A stretch of 64,000 bases of DNA from Eledone cirrhosa (GCA_964016885.1 OZ024740.1:65968001-66032000), one strand, 5' to 3'; shown: positions 1-13,395, counted from the stretch's first letter. The notes: generated from the sequence alone by a model not told the origin. Translations and numbers: made by a program.

Positions 1-11
1 CCTGTCATTTC

Positions 12-50
<39 letters not shown>

Positions 51-237
51 TTCTCTCGCTATGTCTCTCTCTGTGTATATTTTTAAACTGTAAATATAAT
101 CATTTTTCTGTGTTAACTGTCTTACTACTGTATACAGTGAGTTTGTTTGCCCCAGTTGTCCGGAAAACATTCAGCAAATAACGGAAACGATACTGAAGGA
201 AAAGGTAAAATACAAAAGGAATAATAATAATAACAAT

Positions 238-411
238 AATAATTGTTTCTACTTTTGGCACAAGGGCAGCAATTAGCCAGTGCATTACTGGTACTTTATT
301 TTATCGACCCCCGTAAGGATGAAAGGCAAAGTTAAACTCGGCGGGATTTGAACTCAGAATGGCAAGGACCGTAATTCTAGGTGTCAAAGAATGGTGTCCG
401 CCCCTACTGCC
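238..411 (-). mobile_element. tRNA-derived SINE (5'-degenerate)
   Basis: The reverse complement contains the B-box-like GAGTTCAAATCC, the body gggtcgataaaataaagtaccag and the tail ...ccttgtgccaaaagtagaaacaatt shared with copies at 26447, 28020 and 28250. Confidence 0.75.
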
Positions 412-639
412 TTTCCACATAATGTGAGCAGTTAGTAAAAGTTTGCATGCATCTTTTAGGAAGCTCCTGATTACCACGAGGACGAGATTGTTGCACAAAA
501 CTGCCTTGCTAGGAATATCAATTATTCTAAAGAGAATAATTGAAGAAGAAGGAATGTCCCAAACGATATTTGGCCATTGGCCATGGCTCACTCTTTTCGT
601 ATAGCGTCGTCATAAAATCTCCCAGAAAAAAAACGGATA

Positions 640-1620
640 CGAATGATAATACTAATGATAATAATACTTTAGAAAGTCAGATTTGACAAGACATAACTGT
701 GGAACCACTGGAGTTGACACAAAAGAAAGCCTACAAATTGAAATCTCCTGGCATTGATAAATTGCCAAACTTCTGGTTATCTTGTCTACCACCTACCCAT
801 GATATGTTAGTAAAATATCATGTCAAAATTATGCACCATCTTGCAAAATCTCCTGATTGGTTCGCACAAGGTATAACGTATCGTTTGCGACAATTTACAG
901 AAACAAATATTGCCAAAAACTATCGTTTTATAACATCATACAAAATTCTCACTTCAATCTTGAGGTGACAATCTACAAATGTATGGGTGAAAATAATCTT
1001 TTCCCTATAGAGCAGAAAGCTCATCGCCGTGGATCTTACGGACGCAAAGACCAACTTCTTATTAAACGTATTTTTCCGAATCTGAGTACTGCTTTGATTG
1101 TCTACAAACATGCACTTGATAGTGTTCTCTACTTATAGATTTTGAAAACTTTGGATTTTCTGAAAATGTTCGCAGTAATATCAACTTCCTTGAAATTAAA
1201 CATGTCTATATGGAATAAAAATCTTTCATTGTAACACAGTGTTGGAACTATGAACTACAACAGAATAAATATTAACTGGTATTTTTGAAGGTGATTCAAT
1301 TTCTGCACTGACACCGCTGTTGTATTTAGGGTTCAACAAAACAGAGTATGGCTAAAAAATAGATAGCAAAACTATAATACACCGGTTTTATATGGATGGC
1401 TTAAAGCTGTATACCAAAAAGGCAACGAAGTGGAAGGATTGCTGAAGACTATAAAGGTGTTCAGCGATGGGGTACGGATGGGTTTTAGCCTATAGATATC
1501 TAGGTATTAACGAAGGCTAAAATATTGATCACGCTATCATGAAAGAAAATCAGGGAAAGTGCTACCGGAGAATACGTGCTGTCTTAAAAATTCAGTTGAA
1601 CACGAGAAATAAATTCGTTT
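640..1620 (+). pseudogene. Decayed R4/Dong-like non-LTR retrotransposon RT
   Basis: Frameshifted peptides KSPGIDKLPNFWL, NYRFIT-YKILTSIL, EQKAHRRGSYGRKDQLLI, IFEGDSIS and HRFYMDGLKLY resemble R4-clade RT motifs (EQKGC.RGS.GCKDQLL, GIFQGDSLS, YMDDLKL). Confidence 0.7.
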
Positions 1621-2661
1621 GCAATCCTTTCAAATAATGAGGATGATCTACTCTGAACCGTCATACGGTGATGAAAATTGTATCAGAACGTGAAAGGAAC
1701 AAGTATTCATATCCAATCATGACGTAGAGGAGGAGGTTTGTTGGGGAATTAGGAATTGATTGAGGACACTTTTAAAATTATGCCGGCCTAGATATTAATT
1801 ATCTAAAGAACGTCAAAATGGTAGCGACGATGAATGTAAAGGGGATGCTGCGTGTAAACTTGATACAAATACCTCTTCTTGGGCTGAATATCCTCCGTAA
1901 GAAAGATTCTGATATACATAAAACTTTCATTCATCAGTGGCTGCGGAGTTCTGGGCAGAGGCAAAACGTGATAGCTTCATTTTGTCTGTAATTTTCTAGT
2001 CAATGTTATAAGAATTGCAGCTGAGACAAGTGTCGATTTTGCGATGATCACATTGGGACCATTGGCCACTTGGTTTCACACGGCAAACAATAAGTCTCCA
2101 CGAGTTTAAAACTGCGCATGATAGATAGGAGCAATGATAACACTGGATAATATACATGCGTTACGACATAAAGACCGATCAAAATGTTACAATCATCGCC
2201 CAGTTAAAATCATCACAACATGAATGTGTTATTCCAATGAGATTTCCAATTGATCACAGATAGAACGAAGGATCAAGGCTAATAGCATCGATATAAATGT
2301 GAAGGGTTATAAAAACAATACATACGTCTTAATTGATATGAACATACTATTACATCGTAACATTTCCTGGAAAGCGAGCCGAGAGTGCAGTAGATATAAA
2401 TATCTGATAATTGAAATTGAGAAAATGTGGCACCTATGGCCATTATAATTCATGTACTCAGAATTTAATTTGGTGAACTTAGAATGATAAAAAAGAGAAC
2501 AAAAATATATATGGACTAGACACCTGGAAACCATCTCTGGAAATAATACAGAAAATTGTGCAAAGTGGCAATTTCCTTGTGCTAAGAAGTCCATTGTCAG
2601 TTTCAATAAGGTTCAAATGTTTTTAAAATGTACTTGATGTTGTGTTCAATTTCTTGTTGTA

Positions 2662-2801
<140 letters not shown>

Positions 2802-3478
2802 TATTCCAAAAGTGCTTTAGATATACTTATTATAAAAGTGACTTGGAAGTCTACTGAAATATGAAGTACTTCTCGCTCTATGTTTAATATTACAGTCTCT
2901 TGCAATGTATTATATATATCAAGTAATTTATTACCGTACAATATCCATTAACTCACAGAAAATGTGTTTAATATGAAAGTTAATAAATCCAGAATGGTGT
3001 ATCACTAAAGACAATCGTGCATAAATCAACTAGTAGCTAGATGTACGATGTATATGAAGTTGCCGAAATCTGAATGGTGGCCATATTAATGTCCTTGTAT
3101 TTTATGGAATTGTTATGGAAATTTATGCACGTCAAAGGTTACTCGTTTAGAACCTAAGTCTCAAATTTAGTTTAGTACCCGATGCAACCATCTTTTTATT
3201 TGTTCAAATTCAAAGATAGAAAATCTTAGTTTACTATTTATATAATCGATCCGGTCGCTAGACATTTTGTCCATTTAAATTAGACTACATAAAGGAAAAA
3301 ATAATTGTCCATGCTGGTAGAGCAATGTCCTATATTATTGAACAGATACACGCGCACACACAAACACAGACAAAGACACACATGCATACACACACACACA
3401 CGCAAACACACACACGCACGCACACACGCTCACATCAACGCACACCAACACACACACACTCACACCAACGCACACACA

Positions 3479-3515
<37 letters not shown>

Positions 3516-3521
<6 letters not shown>

Positions 3522-3742
3522 GTGAGGCTTTTTTTACAAAATGAAAAATAACCGAGGTGTCCTAGACGAGTGAAAGTATAAAGAAGAAAAGATGAAATCG
3601 AAAATGCAACTGGAGTCTTATTTAAAAAAATATATATATATTTATTTGGTTCCTTTACGGGTTTCGCAGTTCTTCTGCTTTTCAAAAGTAGAGTTGAGAT
3701 GGAAGGTCTGTGGTTGCATTTTCGATTTCATCTTTTTTTCTT

Positions 3743-3745
<3 letters not shown>
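3516..3745. mobile_element. Short head-to-head insertion in (TA)n with HHR variant
   Basis: 3577-3610 is inverted at 3714-3745, with (TA)n on both sides. Minus strand 3653-3688 reads ctt-TTGAAAA-gcag(aagaa)ctgc-GAAA-cccg-TA-aag. Confidence 0.55.
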
Positions 3746-3811
<66 letters not shown>

Positions 3812-5363
3812 GTGTGTGTGTGTGGGGGGGGGGCCTCTGGGTGTGTGTATGTATATGTGTAGTGAAAGAATTGTTGCTTACAAGTTGCACTAGAGTGAAT
3901 ATTTAAAATAGCACAGATGTGGCCTCATAAAAGAGAGGTCAATTTCTGTCGAGTAAATTTAACATTTCATCATACGCCCATCGTAAACTTGTGCGAAAGG
4001 TATCAATTTTTCTGACGTTTTTATTTCACTCTTCAATACATTTGAACTCATATATACGTGTTTGATGAAAATCGATATTTGCATCATAATCATATTTTCC
4101 TTGCAACGCCATAAGTCATGCGTCGTAGTCAACGTATTTATTAGTAGCATGTCTATCAATTATCTTACTTAGATACTGCTCACGTAAATTTCTATATGTA
4201 CACACACACGGACACACACGCACACACACATGCATGTGCGTTTGTGGGTGTATATATATATATAGTATAATAGTAGACTTGTCAAACACAGACAAGCAAA
4301 AACAAATTATTATATGTTTCACGCCTAGGAAGAGGGGAATGAATGTTTCGACGCATCGTACATATGTACTTCTTCGGGAAATGGAATGGTTTGAGAGACA
4401 GATAGAAAGATTGGAACGTCAGAATTTGGAAAGAAATAGGTCTAAGGCATGGCGTTGTTCGGTAGTACAGCCAGTGAATATATGAGAATGTGTGGGACTT
4501 GTTGAAGAAAGGAGCACTTAAAAAGGAGACAGTGTAAAACATAGATTTGACCGTAAATAACAGGACAAATGGAGGAAAATGACCGATAAATGTGGTAGAC
4601 TGTGTGCATATTGTGTAAGGTAGTTTCTTGATATATCTAGCCAAAAGTGAAGAAACCATGCAAAGTTTAAGAGAAAAGGGCATATTGAAAGCAGGCTAAA
4701 ACGATAAAACAAAAAAAAAGTATGGGAATGTCAAGAGAAAACATTAGTCAACAAGAGTTTCATAAACAATTTTACATACCACAAATGAAGTTGCTGAACA
4801 ACATAGGTGGGACTGATTGAAGAAAAGAGCATTTAAAACGACGGCTAACAGGACTCAGCTTTGGCCACAAATTGAACTTTCTGTTTTAGAAATGTGCAAG
4901 TATCTCTATCGTGCTAAGTATGTAAACAATTTGACAAAACTATTGTTTATAATGTAAAAGAATGTCCTAGAATTGCCAAAAACCCCTATACGTCGTGGAG
5001 ACATGATAAGATACCAAATGTTCTGCATTGGGAACTGTATGAAAAGTAAGGTTTACAGAAAGTTAAATCATGGTTCGACAACAAACTACCACAAGCAATT
5101 ATTCTTGAAAAATTGTCCGCCCCCACATCAGTATAATTTGAGTTTTCCCCCATCTTCATCAAACTACCGTCATCTGCCTTGCTGAATCCAGCCAGTTCAT
5201 TTATACTTCCGCAGCAGTCATACATGAGCTGAAATGCTTTCTCGTGAAACACGTGTCCTCGAATATGGTTTGCTAATTTTTTTCCGAACTATCTCTATAA
5301 TGGACTTGCCATTTGGAGTGAGTGCTCTAACAACTTAGGATATAATATCACGGGTTTCATCAC

Positions 5364-5459
<96 letters not shown>

Positions 5460-5687
5460 TCTACCACAACAGATCAACATCCCATAGGCTCAATATCACT
5501 CCCCATACACATCCCGTTCTTCTGGCACCACCACAGCTTCGTCCCTAGCCACTTCCTTAAATAGCCCATCTTTCACCACAACCCACATGTTGCTACGGCT
5601 CCTCCTGGACCAATTATATAACGAAATACCATAAACATTCGCAGGCTATGAAACACCCGAAAAAACTCTCTCTCTCTCCCTCTGTCT

Positions 5688-5892
<205 letters not shown>

Positions 5893-5914
5893 AAATATAT
5901 ATATACATATATAT

Positions 5915-6790
5915 AAACAGAAAAAAATGAAACGAAATTTCATTTCCCACTCTTAGTACGGCTGTTACTTAAATATAAGTATGTACACGTACATACATAT
6001 ATGTATACAGACGTACAGTAGTATGTATATATATATACATACATGCACACATATATATATGCACGTATGGATTCACCGAACATTTATTATAATGCTCGGT
6101 GTGTTTGTAAACAAACATCCCGTATTAAGCCATAGTGTTCAGCAACCACCGTTGCTCGTTTGTTCAACACTGACAAAGGAACGCTGTACTAGTGTCAAGC
6201 TTATTAGCTATCGTCAGCAAAGTATACCTTCCTGCCAGATTGTTGGACGTATATACTTACCTTATGCATATATATATATGTGCATATATATATGTGTGCA
6301 TGTATGTATATATACATACTACTGTACGTCTGTATACATATATGTATGTACGTGTACATACTTATATTTAAGTAACAGCCGTATTAAAAGTGGGAAATGA
6401 AATTTCGTTTCATTTTTTTCCGTTTATCGTTTTCGGTGCACCCGGCCGGTTAACCCACTCGATATGCAAATTGGGCTACTCAGCCGTTAATATGCATAAG
6501 GTAAGTATATACGTTCAACAATCTGGCAGGAAGGTATACGTTACTGACGATAGCTAATAAGCTTGAAACTAGTACAGCGTTCCTTTGTCAGTGTTGAACA
6601 AACGAGCAACGATGGTTGCTGAACACTATGGCTTAATACGGGATGTTTGTTTACAAACACACCGAGCATTATAATAAATGTTCGGTGAATCCATACGTGC
6701 ATATATATATATGTGTGCATGTATGTATATATATATACATACTACTGTACGTCTGTATACATATATGTATGTACGTGTACATACTTATAC
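5915..6790. mobile_element. HHR-bearing tandem family (about 423-bp period) as an inverted pair
   Basis: 5915-6265 is inverted within 6278-6790. Homologous to the 466-bp array at 56537 and to 43137-43415. HHR on + at 6539-6579. Confidence 0.75.
6539..6579 (+). ncRNA. Type I hammerhead ribozyme motif
   Basis: cgtta-CTGACGA-tagct(aata)agctt-GAAA-ctag-TA-cagcg; palindromic stem III (ACTAGT). Confidence 0.65.
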
Positions 6791-6826
6791 ATATATATAA
6801 ATTTATTTATATATATATATATATAT

Positions 6827-6859
<33 letters not shown>

Positions 6860-6869
6860 TACATATATA

Positions 6870-7274
6870 GTGCCGAAACATAAGTCAATTGCATGAACTC
6901 ATAATCCTTTATTTACTGCTATATATATTTCGATGACAGCCATTGAATGGCTATGACCTCATCAGGCAGTTAGTCAGTTCTTAGATATGCCACTTCTGTG
7001 TTTATATTGTTGATGGTATCAGAGTCCCAATGCTCTGATACCATCAACAATATAAACACAGAAGTGGCATATCTAAGAACTGACTAACTGCCTGATGAGG
7101 TCATAGCCATTCAATGGCTGTCATCGAAATATATATAGCAGTAAATAAAGGATTATGAGTTCATGCAATTGACTTATGTTTCGTCACTATTATAACTCCG
7201 GAACTTATATGTTCGTTGATGCCCCCTATCCGCATACTGAAGTACTGGATTTTACCAACACTTACTTTCTTGCT
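6870..7274. mobile_element. Palindromic PLE 3'-end pair (family A)
   Basis: 6870-7024 is inverted at 7033-7190 with an 8-nt spacer, flanked by (TA)n. HHRs at 6915-6970(-) and 7087-7142(+). Relatives at 16030-16545 and 50620-51357. Confidence 0.85.
7087..7142 (+). ncRNA. Type I hammerhead ribozyme motif
   Basis: actgc-CTGATGA-ggtcatagcc(attcaat)ggctgtcatc-GAAA-tatata-TA-gcagt followed by AATAAA. Mirror copy at 6915-6970(-). Confidence 0.85.
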
Positions 7275-7279
7275 TATAT

Positions 7280-7310
<31 letters not shown>

Positions 7311-8012
7311 CTAATGGTAATCTGTGCTTTTCGAAAATTAATATCATTCCATTCGTTTGCAATTATACAAAGAAGCCTCACTGTTAAAGCCATGTCAGTA
7401 GAATGGACAACTTCATGTATGCTCTTGCGTTGGCATGTAAACAGAACTGCAGACACGAATGTTTCTGGGTATCAGCCTTCATCAGTACAGCTCACTGATC
7501 AGTTGTCAACTGTCAGAGCTAGTGATAATACATGCTATTTTCTAAAATATACAGTGACTGATCGGTCTGATTTGCATATTAGCAGACTGGCTGATCAGTC
7601 AGATCTGCATGATATCAGATCCACTGATCAGCCTGATTTGCATATCAGCAGACTGGCCAGTCAGTTTCCTGTCAGATTCCAGTCAGTTTCCTGTATATGA
7701 CCGATAAATGGCCGGCTTTGCCACATTAAAAAATAATATGATAAATGTAATCCGAGTTTGACTCTCACCACACAATATGAACCTGAAGATTGCGAAAGCA
7801 TGAAAGTACTTGTTCAATTAACACTTAACATTTAATATTCTACCATACTATTTCATTCTAATACCATTATCAATTTTAAAGGATTGTAAATAAAATGAGT
7901 AAATCAGACAAAGTTGGAATTCCTTTTATTAATATAATCTTCTATACACAATCATACACACCCGTGTGTATTTAGCTATATATATATATATATATCTATA
8001 TATATATTTATG

Positions 8013-8186
8013 TAGCGAGGGAAAAGTGGTAAGGTGGACCATAACGCACCAAAGTACTCAATACTTAGGGTAGTAGAGTGGGAAATAGGAGTAAGTAAGA
8101 CCCCGACGGCTGAGCTCAAGCCGTTTCGACGGCTAATTCTGTCGAAACGGCTTGAGCTCAGCCGTCGGGGTCTTACTTACTCCTAT
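8013..8186. mobile_element. Palindromic PLE 3'-end pair (family B)
   Basis: 8085-8131 is inverted at 8141-8186, flanked by TA tracts. Same sequence as 10985-11297 and the PLE-4 terminus 62490-62700. Confidence 0.8.
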
Positions 8187-8197
8187 ATATTTATATA

Positions 8198-8341
8198 CAC
8201 TCCGCACGCCATCTCACAGTCTGTGGCCTACTCCAGTGCCACGGAACACCCGCCCATCGCCTTACGGTCGAACAACGTACTATCTTCATCTTACAGACCC
8301 ACACTCCCCCCGGCCTGAACTCCCCACCCTTATTCCTTTAG
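8198..8341 (+). pseudogene. C-terminal GIY-YIG endonuclease remnant of a Neptune-like PLE
   Basis: Manual translation HSARHLTVCGLLQCHGTPAHRLTVEQRTIFILQTHTPPGLNSPPLFL* matches the R..E...I..L.T..P.GLN ending of PLE endonucleases. Confidence 0.65.
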
Positions 8342-8825
8342 CGTTCGACCGCCCCCCTCACCCAACACTTATCCCCCACTAACACCACTAACACACCCCT
8401 CCTTTTCACCGCCCACCCCACACTAATAATACTAACACCTCCACTCCACCCCTCATCTGACCACGCTTCCCCAACTAACATACTAACATCCCTTCCCTCC
8501 CCTATTCTCCTCCTCCCCCTCCTTATCACACGCACACACGCACCCACTTACACCACCCACCCCCACGCAACTAACATCGCTAACACCCTCCAGCCCCACG
8601 CACACGTACCCACACACCCTCGTACACCACCAACTCTACACACCCTACCCCCACTAACCCCCACTCACACCTGCATTCCACCCATCCCCACCTCCCGTAT
8701 ATTAACACCCACTAACACCTCTTCACCAAACTACACACACACCAGTACACCACACTCCCTCCATAGAACCACACACACTCTTCTCTCCCCGCTCCACACT
8801 CACTCATCCCACTAACACCCCACTA

Positions 8826-8872
<47 letters not shown>

Positions 8873-9798
8873 CCTCACTCCAACTCTCACACCTACCCAT
8901 CCTCGCCTCCCTACCATTCCGCCGATTGCTGCTATGCCCTTCCGACCACTGTCTCAGCACCAACTGACCACAGCACTTCCACTGCTGACCACTTCCTGTT
9001 GCGCGCGGACCCCACATCTCTCTTCTTCCGACCACCGCTTCTTGGATTACCCACACGCGTTTTGACTTCTCACCAAAATCTCCATACATCCGTGTAACTT
9101 ACCACTTTTCAACCACCCTCTTACACCACCACCTATATAACTCACCCACACACACACACCCCAAAACAAATTTTTTTATCCACACGCCACCCACACCCAC
9201 AACACGCTTAAACCACACACACGTGCTTCCCACCACATATTTACACCCTCATCCCCCTGATTCCTCTCCCCCCACCCCCTATCCACACACACACAGACCC
9301 TCCGACCCACAAAAACACCCCCACACACACCTTCCTGAACATGCAACCCCGTTCTTCCCCCAACCCTCACTTTCACATACACACACACACACCACCTTCA
9401 GCCCTCCCCGCTCGGACACCCCGTCTCCCTCTCCCCACTCCACCCGCCACCACCTCTACTCACCCCACACCCTTCCACCACCTGTTTACCCCCCTTTTAA
9501 TTTCAGTTTATTTTGATCATGCCTTTATTTTTAAATTTTCTCATTCCTTGTATTTTGATCATGCTTTATTTTTATTTATTATTTATTATATTTTTGTCTT
9601 TATTTGTTAATTTTTCATTCGCACCGTTTCCTTTCGCTATATGTCTCTCCACCACTCCCCTACACACCTTTTGAACTCTCACCTGAAGAAGGGCTTATGC
9701 CCGAAACGTCGTCCCCCACCTACCCCCCACTCTCCTGAGCGTGAATTTAATAAACATTTGTCGTACTGCCTCTCTGTTCTGTCCCTGTTCAATTTTTC

Positions 9799-9800
<2 letters not shown>
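8198..9800 (+). mobile_element. 5'-truncated PLE with C-rich 3' UTR
   Basis: Endonuclease remnant, about 1.1 kb of C/A-rich UTR, HHR-like CTGAAGA-agggc(ttat)gccc-GAAAcgtcgtc near 9683-9712, AATAAA near 9749, then (TA)n. Confidence 0.6.
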
Positions 9801-9857
<57 letters not shown>

Positions 9858-10189
9858 TATATACATATATACACACACACACATATATACATATATATAT
9901 ATATATATTTATTAAAATAACAGATTAAAGTTTAAGCAAAGAATCGCTGCTTTCACCCTTAACTGGATCTTATGTGTGTGTGTGTGTATACGTTATAGGG
10001 ATTACCACAACAGAAGTCCGACGACGTTTTGATTGCAGAGTCGGGTGAGATCGATACACTTCGAACCTTGAGTTGATCAATCGCGAAAAGCGCTTCACAC
10101 ATCTCACTAAACGTTGTGAAGACCTAACTCATCCTCCTTTGCATTATTTTATTATTAATATGTATATATACATATATATATATATCTAT

Positions 10190-10957
10190 CTAGGGCGAGT
10201 AAAATTCCCGAGATCCATGGACGAGTTCTCTCCTGCGGTGTCTATCCCTCATTATCGCTGCCATGTCCTGCGTCTCCAACAGACCTGTGTCTGTCCTTAG
10301 TGTATCAACAGACGTTAACCTTGGTCTTCTACTTCCAGTGTATCCATGTAGGGGGTCCCACAGGAGCACACAGTGCAATGTCAACTCTGGATGACGGGGA
10401 GCATGTCCAGCTAACCTCAGTCTCCCCTCTGTTACTTTAAGGCGAAAAAGATATCGGATTCTGAATTTGCCGACGACATAGTTTTGGTGACAAATACAGT
10501 GAAGGAGGCAGAGGATTTGATGCAGGAGGTTGAGACTGTGTCGATTAGTGTGGGGCTGAGAATGAATGAGACTAAAACAATAAATCTGGTAGAGAATGTT
10601 GAGAAGCCAGAGGGGATTACTAATGTAGGTGGGAAACCGCTAGAATTGGTTGAGGACTTTCTGTATTTGGAAGAAAAGATTGGGAATACGGAAGATGATG
10701 TGGTTGAGAGGAAGAGCAAAGCCTGGACGGCGTACCACAGCTTGAGATCGGTGTGGAAGTCGGACCTTCGTAAAGACCTGAAAATCCCCCTCTTCATTGC
10801 TGTAGTGGAGACTGTGCTGCTGTACGGGTCTGAGATTTGGACACTGATCAAGAAACTCAGTCAGATGGTGGATGGGTGCTACACGAGAAAGCTGAGGATG
10901 GCTCTGATCATTAATCAGTATACACTGAGGATGAAAAACTCAGAGCTGTAGGGCAGT
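10190..10957. mobile_element. RTE-like LINE fragment with 5' inversion
   Basis: The + segment 10439-10957 encodes EFADDIVL..VGLRMNETKT..LLYGSEIW..MKNSEL. The - segment 10438-10190 encodes the continuation KVTEGRLRLAGH..GSRRPRLTSVDTL. Both ends lie in (TA)n. Confidence 0.75.
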
Positions 10958-10984
10958 ATATATATATATATATATATATATACA

Positions 10985-11297
10985 TAACGAAGGAAGTGTG
11001 GTAAGGAACCAGGTGGACCATAACGCACCAGAGTACTCGATACTTTGGGTAGTAGAATGGGTAATAGGAAAATGTTCAGGACCCCGATGGCAGAGCTCAA
11101 ACCGTTTCTATGGCTATTTCTGGACTAAATTAACTTTTTAGAGTGGTAATGATCTAGCTGAACTCCTCAAGGGGTAATTCCATATATGGGCATGAGGAGT
11201 TCGGCTAGATCCTTAACACGCTGAAAGTTTAATTTAGTCCAGAAATACCCGTCGAAACGGCTTGAACTTTGCCGTCGGGGTCTTGAAACGTTTCCTA
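10985..11297. mobile_element. Palindromic PLE 3'-end pair (family B) with HHR
   Basis: Inverted arms centred near 11185. The minus arm reads acccc-TTGAGGA-long stem II-GAAA-cggtttgagctctgcca-TC-ggggt. Confidence 0.75.
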
Positions 11298-11301
11298 TAT
11301 A

Positions 11302-12094
11302 TATTGTTATGCTTTGGGAGGGTCATGTTGCCAATAAGAAACACACGCACAAGAGCTTTCACTCCAATTTATTATAAATTAAATTTATAAATTTAAGAAT
11401 TTATAAATTTCCGGTTGGTTGGTTAGTTCCACAACCGGATGGTTGTTCGTATATTGTCAAAGTTCTTTCGTCACATATTCTGTGACCTCTTCAGTGACTG
11501 GGATTATTTTCTTTTTTTGTGCCCCTCCTTTGTTCTGTCCTACGCCATCTTGTTTTTTGTGTGTGTTGTGTGCTTAGGTTGCGCATGTGTTACATCCTGG
11601 TGTCTGTGTGTGTTTATATTTGTTTATGTATTTGTTTATTTACATGTTACTGGTTGGTTGTTTGTTCTATGTGTGTGTGTGTTTTCACTTTGTCTTTAAT
11701 TGTAAGTTGTGATGTTGCTATTCCATTTCATATTTTCTATTTAATTTTGTTTGGAGTTCATTTATGATTATTGCCTCTGTGATTTATCTAAACATTGCGT
11801 CTTTTCTGTGCGTAGATTCTATTTTTATTTCTATGTTCTCTAATCTACCCTTATGTTATATTTTAGCATGTTGGTAGAGTACAGATGATTCTTTTCTATC
11901 TTGATGCTCTCGCCAGTGTTCAACCAACCGGAAATTTATAAATTTTTAAATTTATAAATTTAATTTATAATAAATTGGAATGAAAGCAACTGGTACGTGT
12001 GTTTCTTATTGCAACATGTCCCTCCCAAAGCATAACAATATCGGTTTCAACACACGTTTTCAGACAAAGGATCTTGCTAAACAATTTCAGAAAC

Positions 12095-12098
<4 letters not shown>
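11302..12098 (-). mobile_element. 5'-truncated PLE (GIY-YIG C-terminus + HHR) with inverted 3' copy
   Basis: Minus 11921-11718 translates EHWREHQDRKESSVLYQHAKI*HKG...MFR*ITEAIIINELQTKLNRKYEME*. HHR at 11456-11498(-). 11302-11421 is inverted at 11922-12041. Confidence 0.7.
11456..11498 (-). ncRNA. Type I hammerhead ribozyme motif
   Basis: gtca-CTGAAGA-g-gtcaca(gaata)tgtgac-GAAA-gaac-TT-tgac. Confidence 0.75.
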
Positions 12099-12178
<80 letters not shown>

Positions 12179-12180
12179 TA

Positions 12181-12218
<38 letters not shown>

Positions 12219-12241
12219 TATATATATATGTATATATATAT

Positions 12242-12712
12242 GCCAAAGTTCTATTTAAATTGTTGGGATACAACAAGCACATATTTTTATAACTCATATA
12301 AAGCACTCAAGTATTTGGAGTAGATATACGATATTAACAAATGGAAACTATATTTATAAAACCATATTTATTTCATTATACAAATTTCAAGGATACCAAG
12401 TTAAATTATGGTATGCCTTCATCAGACAAAATACAATATATACCAGTTTTATAAATAAACATTGACGTACCCTTTCAAAATGCAACCGTTACTTTTGGAA
12501 GACATCAGGATAGATGTCTTCCAATGTCTTCCTGATGACTTCCAAAAGTAACGGTTGCATTTTGAAAGGGTACGTCAATGTTTATTTATATAACTGGTAT
12601 ATATTGTATTCTGTCTGATGAAGGCATACCATAATTAAACATGGTATCCTTGAAATATGTATAATGAAATAAATATGGTTTTATAAATATAGTTTCCATT
12701 TGTTAATATCGT
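12242..12712. mobile_element. Palindromic 3'-end pair of the PLE-2 family
   Basis: Arms 12327-12512 and 12527-12712. HHR CTGATGA-aggcataccat..atggtatcctt-GAAA-tatgta-TA near 12608-12670 plus its mirror. Homologous to the PLE-2 termini at 37136 and 43113. Confidence 0.85.
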
Positions 12713-12873
12713 ATATATATATATATATATGAAAAGTGTAATTTTCTACACAAAACGAAGGTTATAGAGAAAATTGTGGTTGGTAATGGCACATGGAATA
12801 TATAAGAGACAGAATACTTTTTTGTGTAAAACATATAATTTTATAAGGTAAGGAAATAATAAAGGGTATAAAA

Positions 12874-12916
12874 AATGACCGGTTTCGATGGGTCTGCAAA
12901 AGCCATCTTTTCAAAT
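12874..12916 (-). ncRNA. HHR variant with U3-A8 core
   Basis: at-TTGAAAA-gatgg(cttttgcagac)ccatc-GAAA-ccgg-TC-at; palindromic stem III ACCGGT; weak stem I. Confidence 0.45.
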
Positions 12917-13287
12917 GTTGATTAATATTAAGAAAAATTAATAATACGAAGAGTTAAAATTTGAGATTTGAAAATTCAAGTATAAAATTAATTGTGGGAT
13001 TTCATAGTAGTTTTCATCTAGGTAGCAACAACAGGTTGACTGGTGTGTCCCTTTCTGGTAGTGAATGAGAAGTTATTTGGGGTGTGGGTTATTTTATAAA
13101 GGTCAGATTTAGCAATGGCCAACTGGCCAGCTGCTGGTCAGTGAGGGGGTGGAAGCAATATACATACACATATCTTCCTGTGGTGGGTAGGAGAGTGGAG
13201 CGTGATAGAAAGGGATTTAGTGCACTTACACCTATATATACACACATACCTTCATCCACACATACATACATATACATATACATACAC

Positions 13288-13342
<55 letters not shown>

Positions 13343-13395
13343 CACACATACATACACACATACACACAAACACATATATATACACATACACACAC

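Noticed and set aside
7553-7665. Imperfect ~33-bp repeats containing ATTTGCAT octamer motifs
   Set aside because: Only three degenerate units and no linked gene; insufficient to call a regulatory element.
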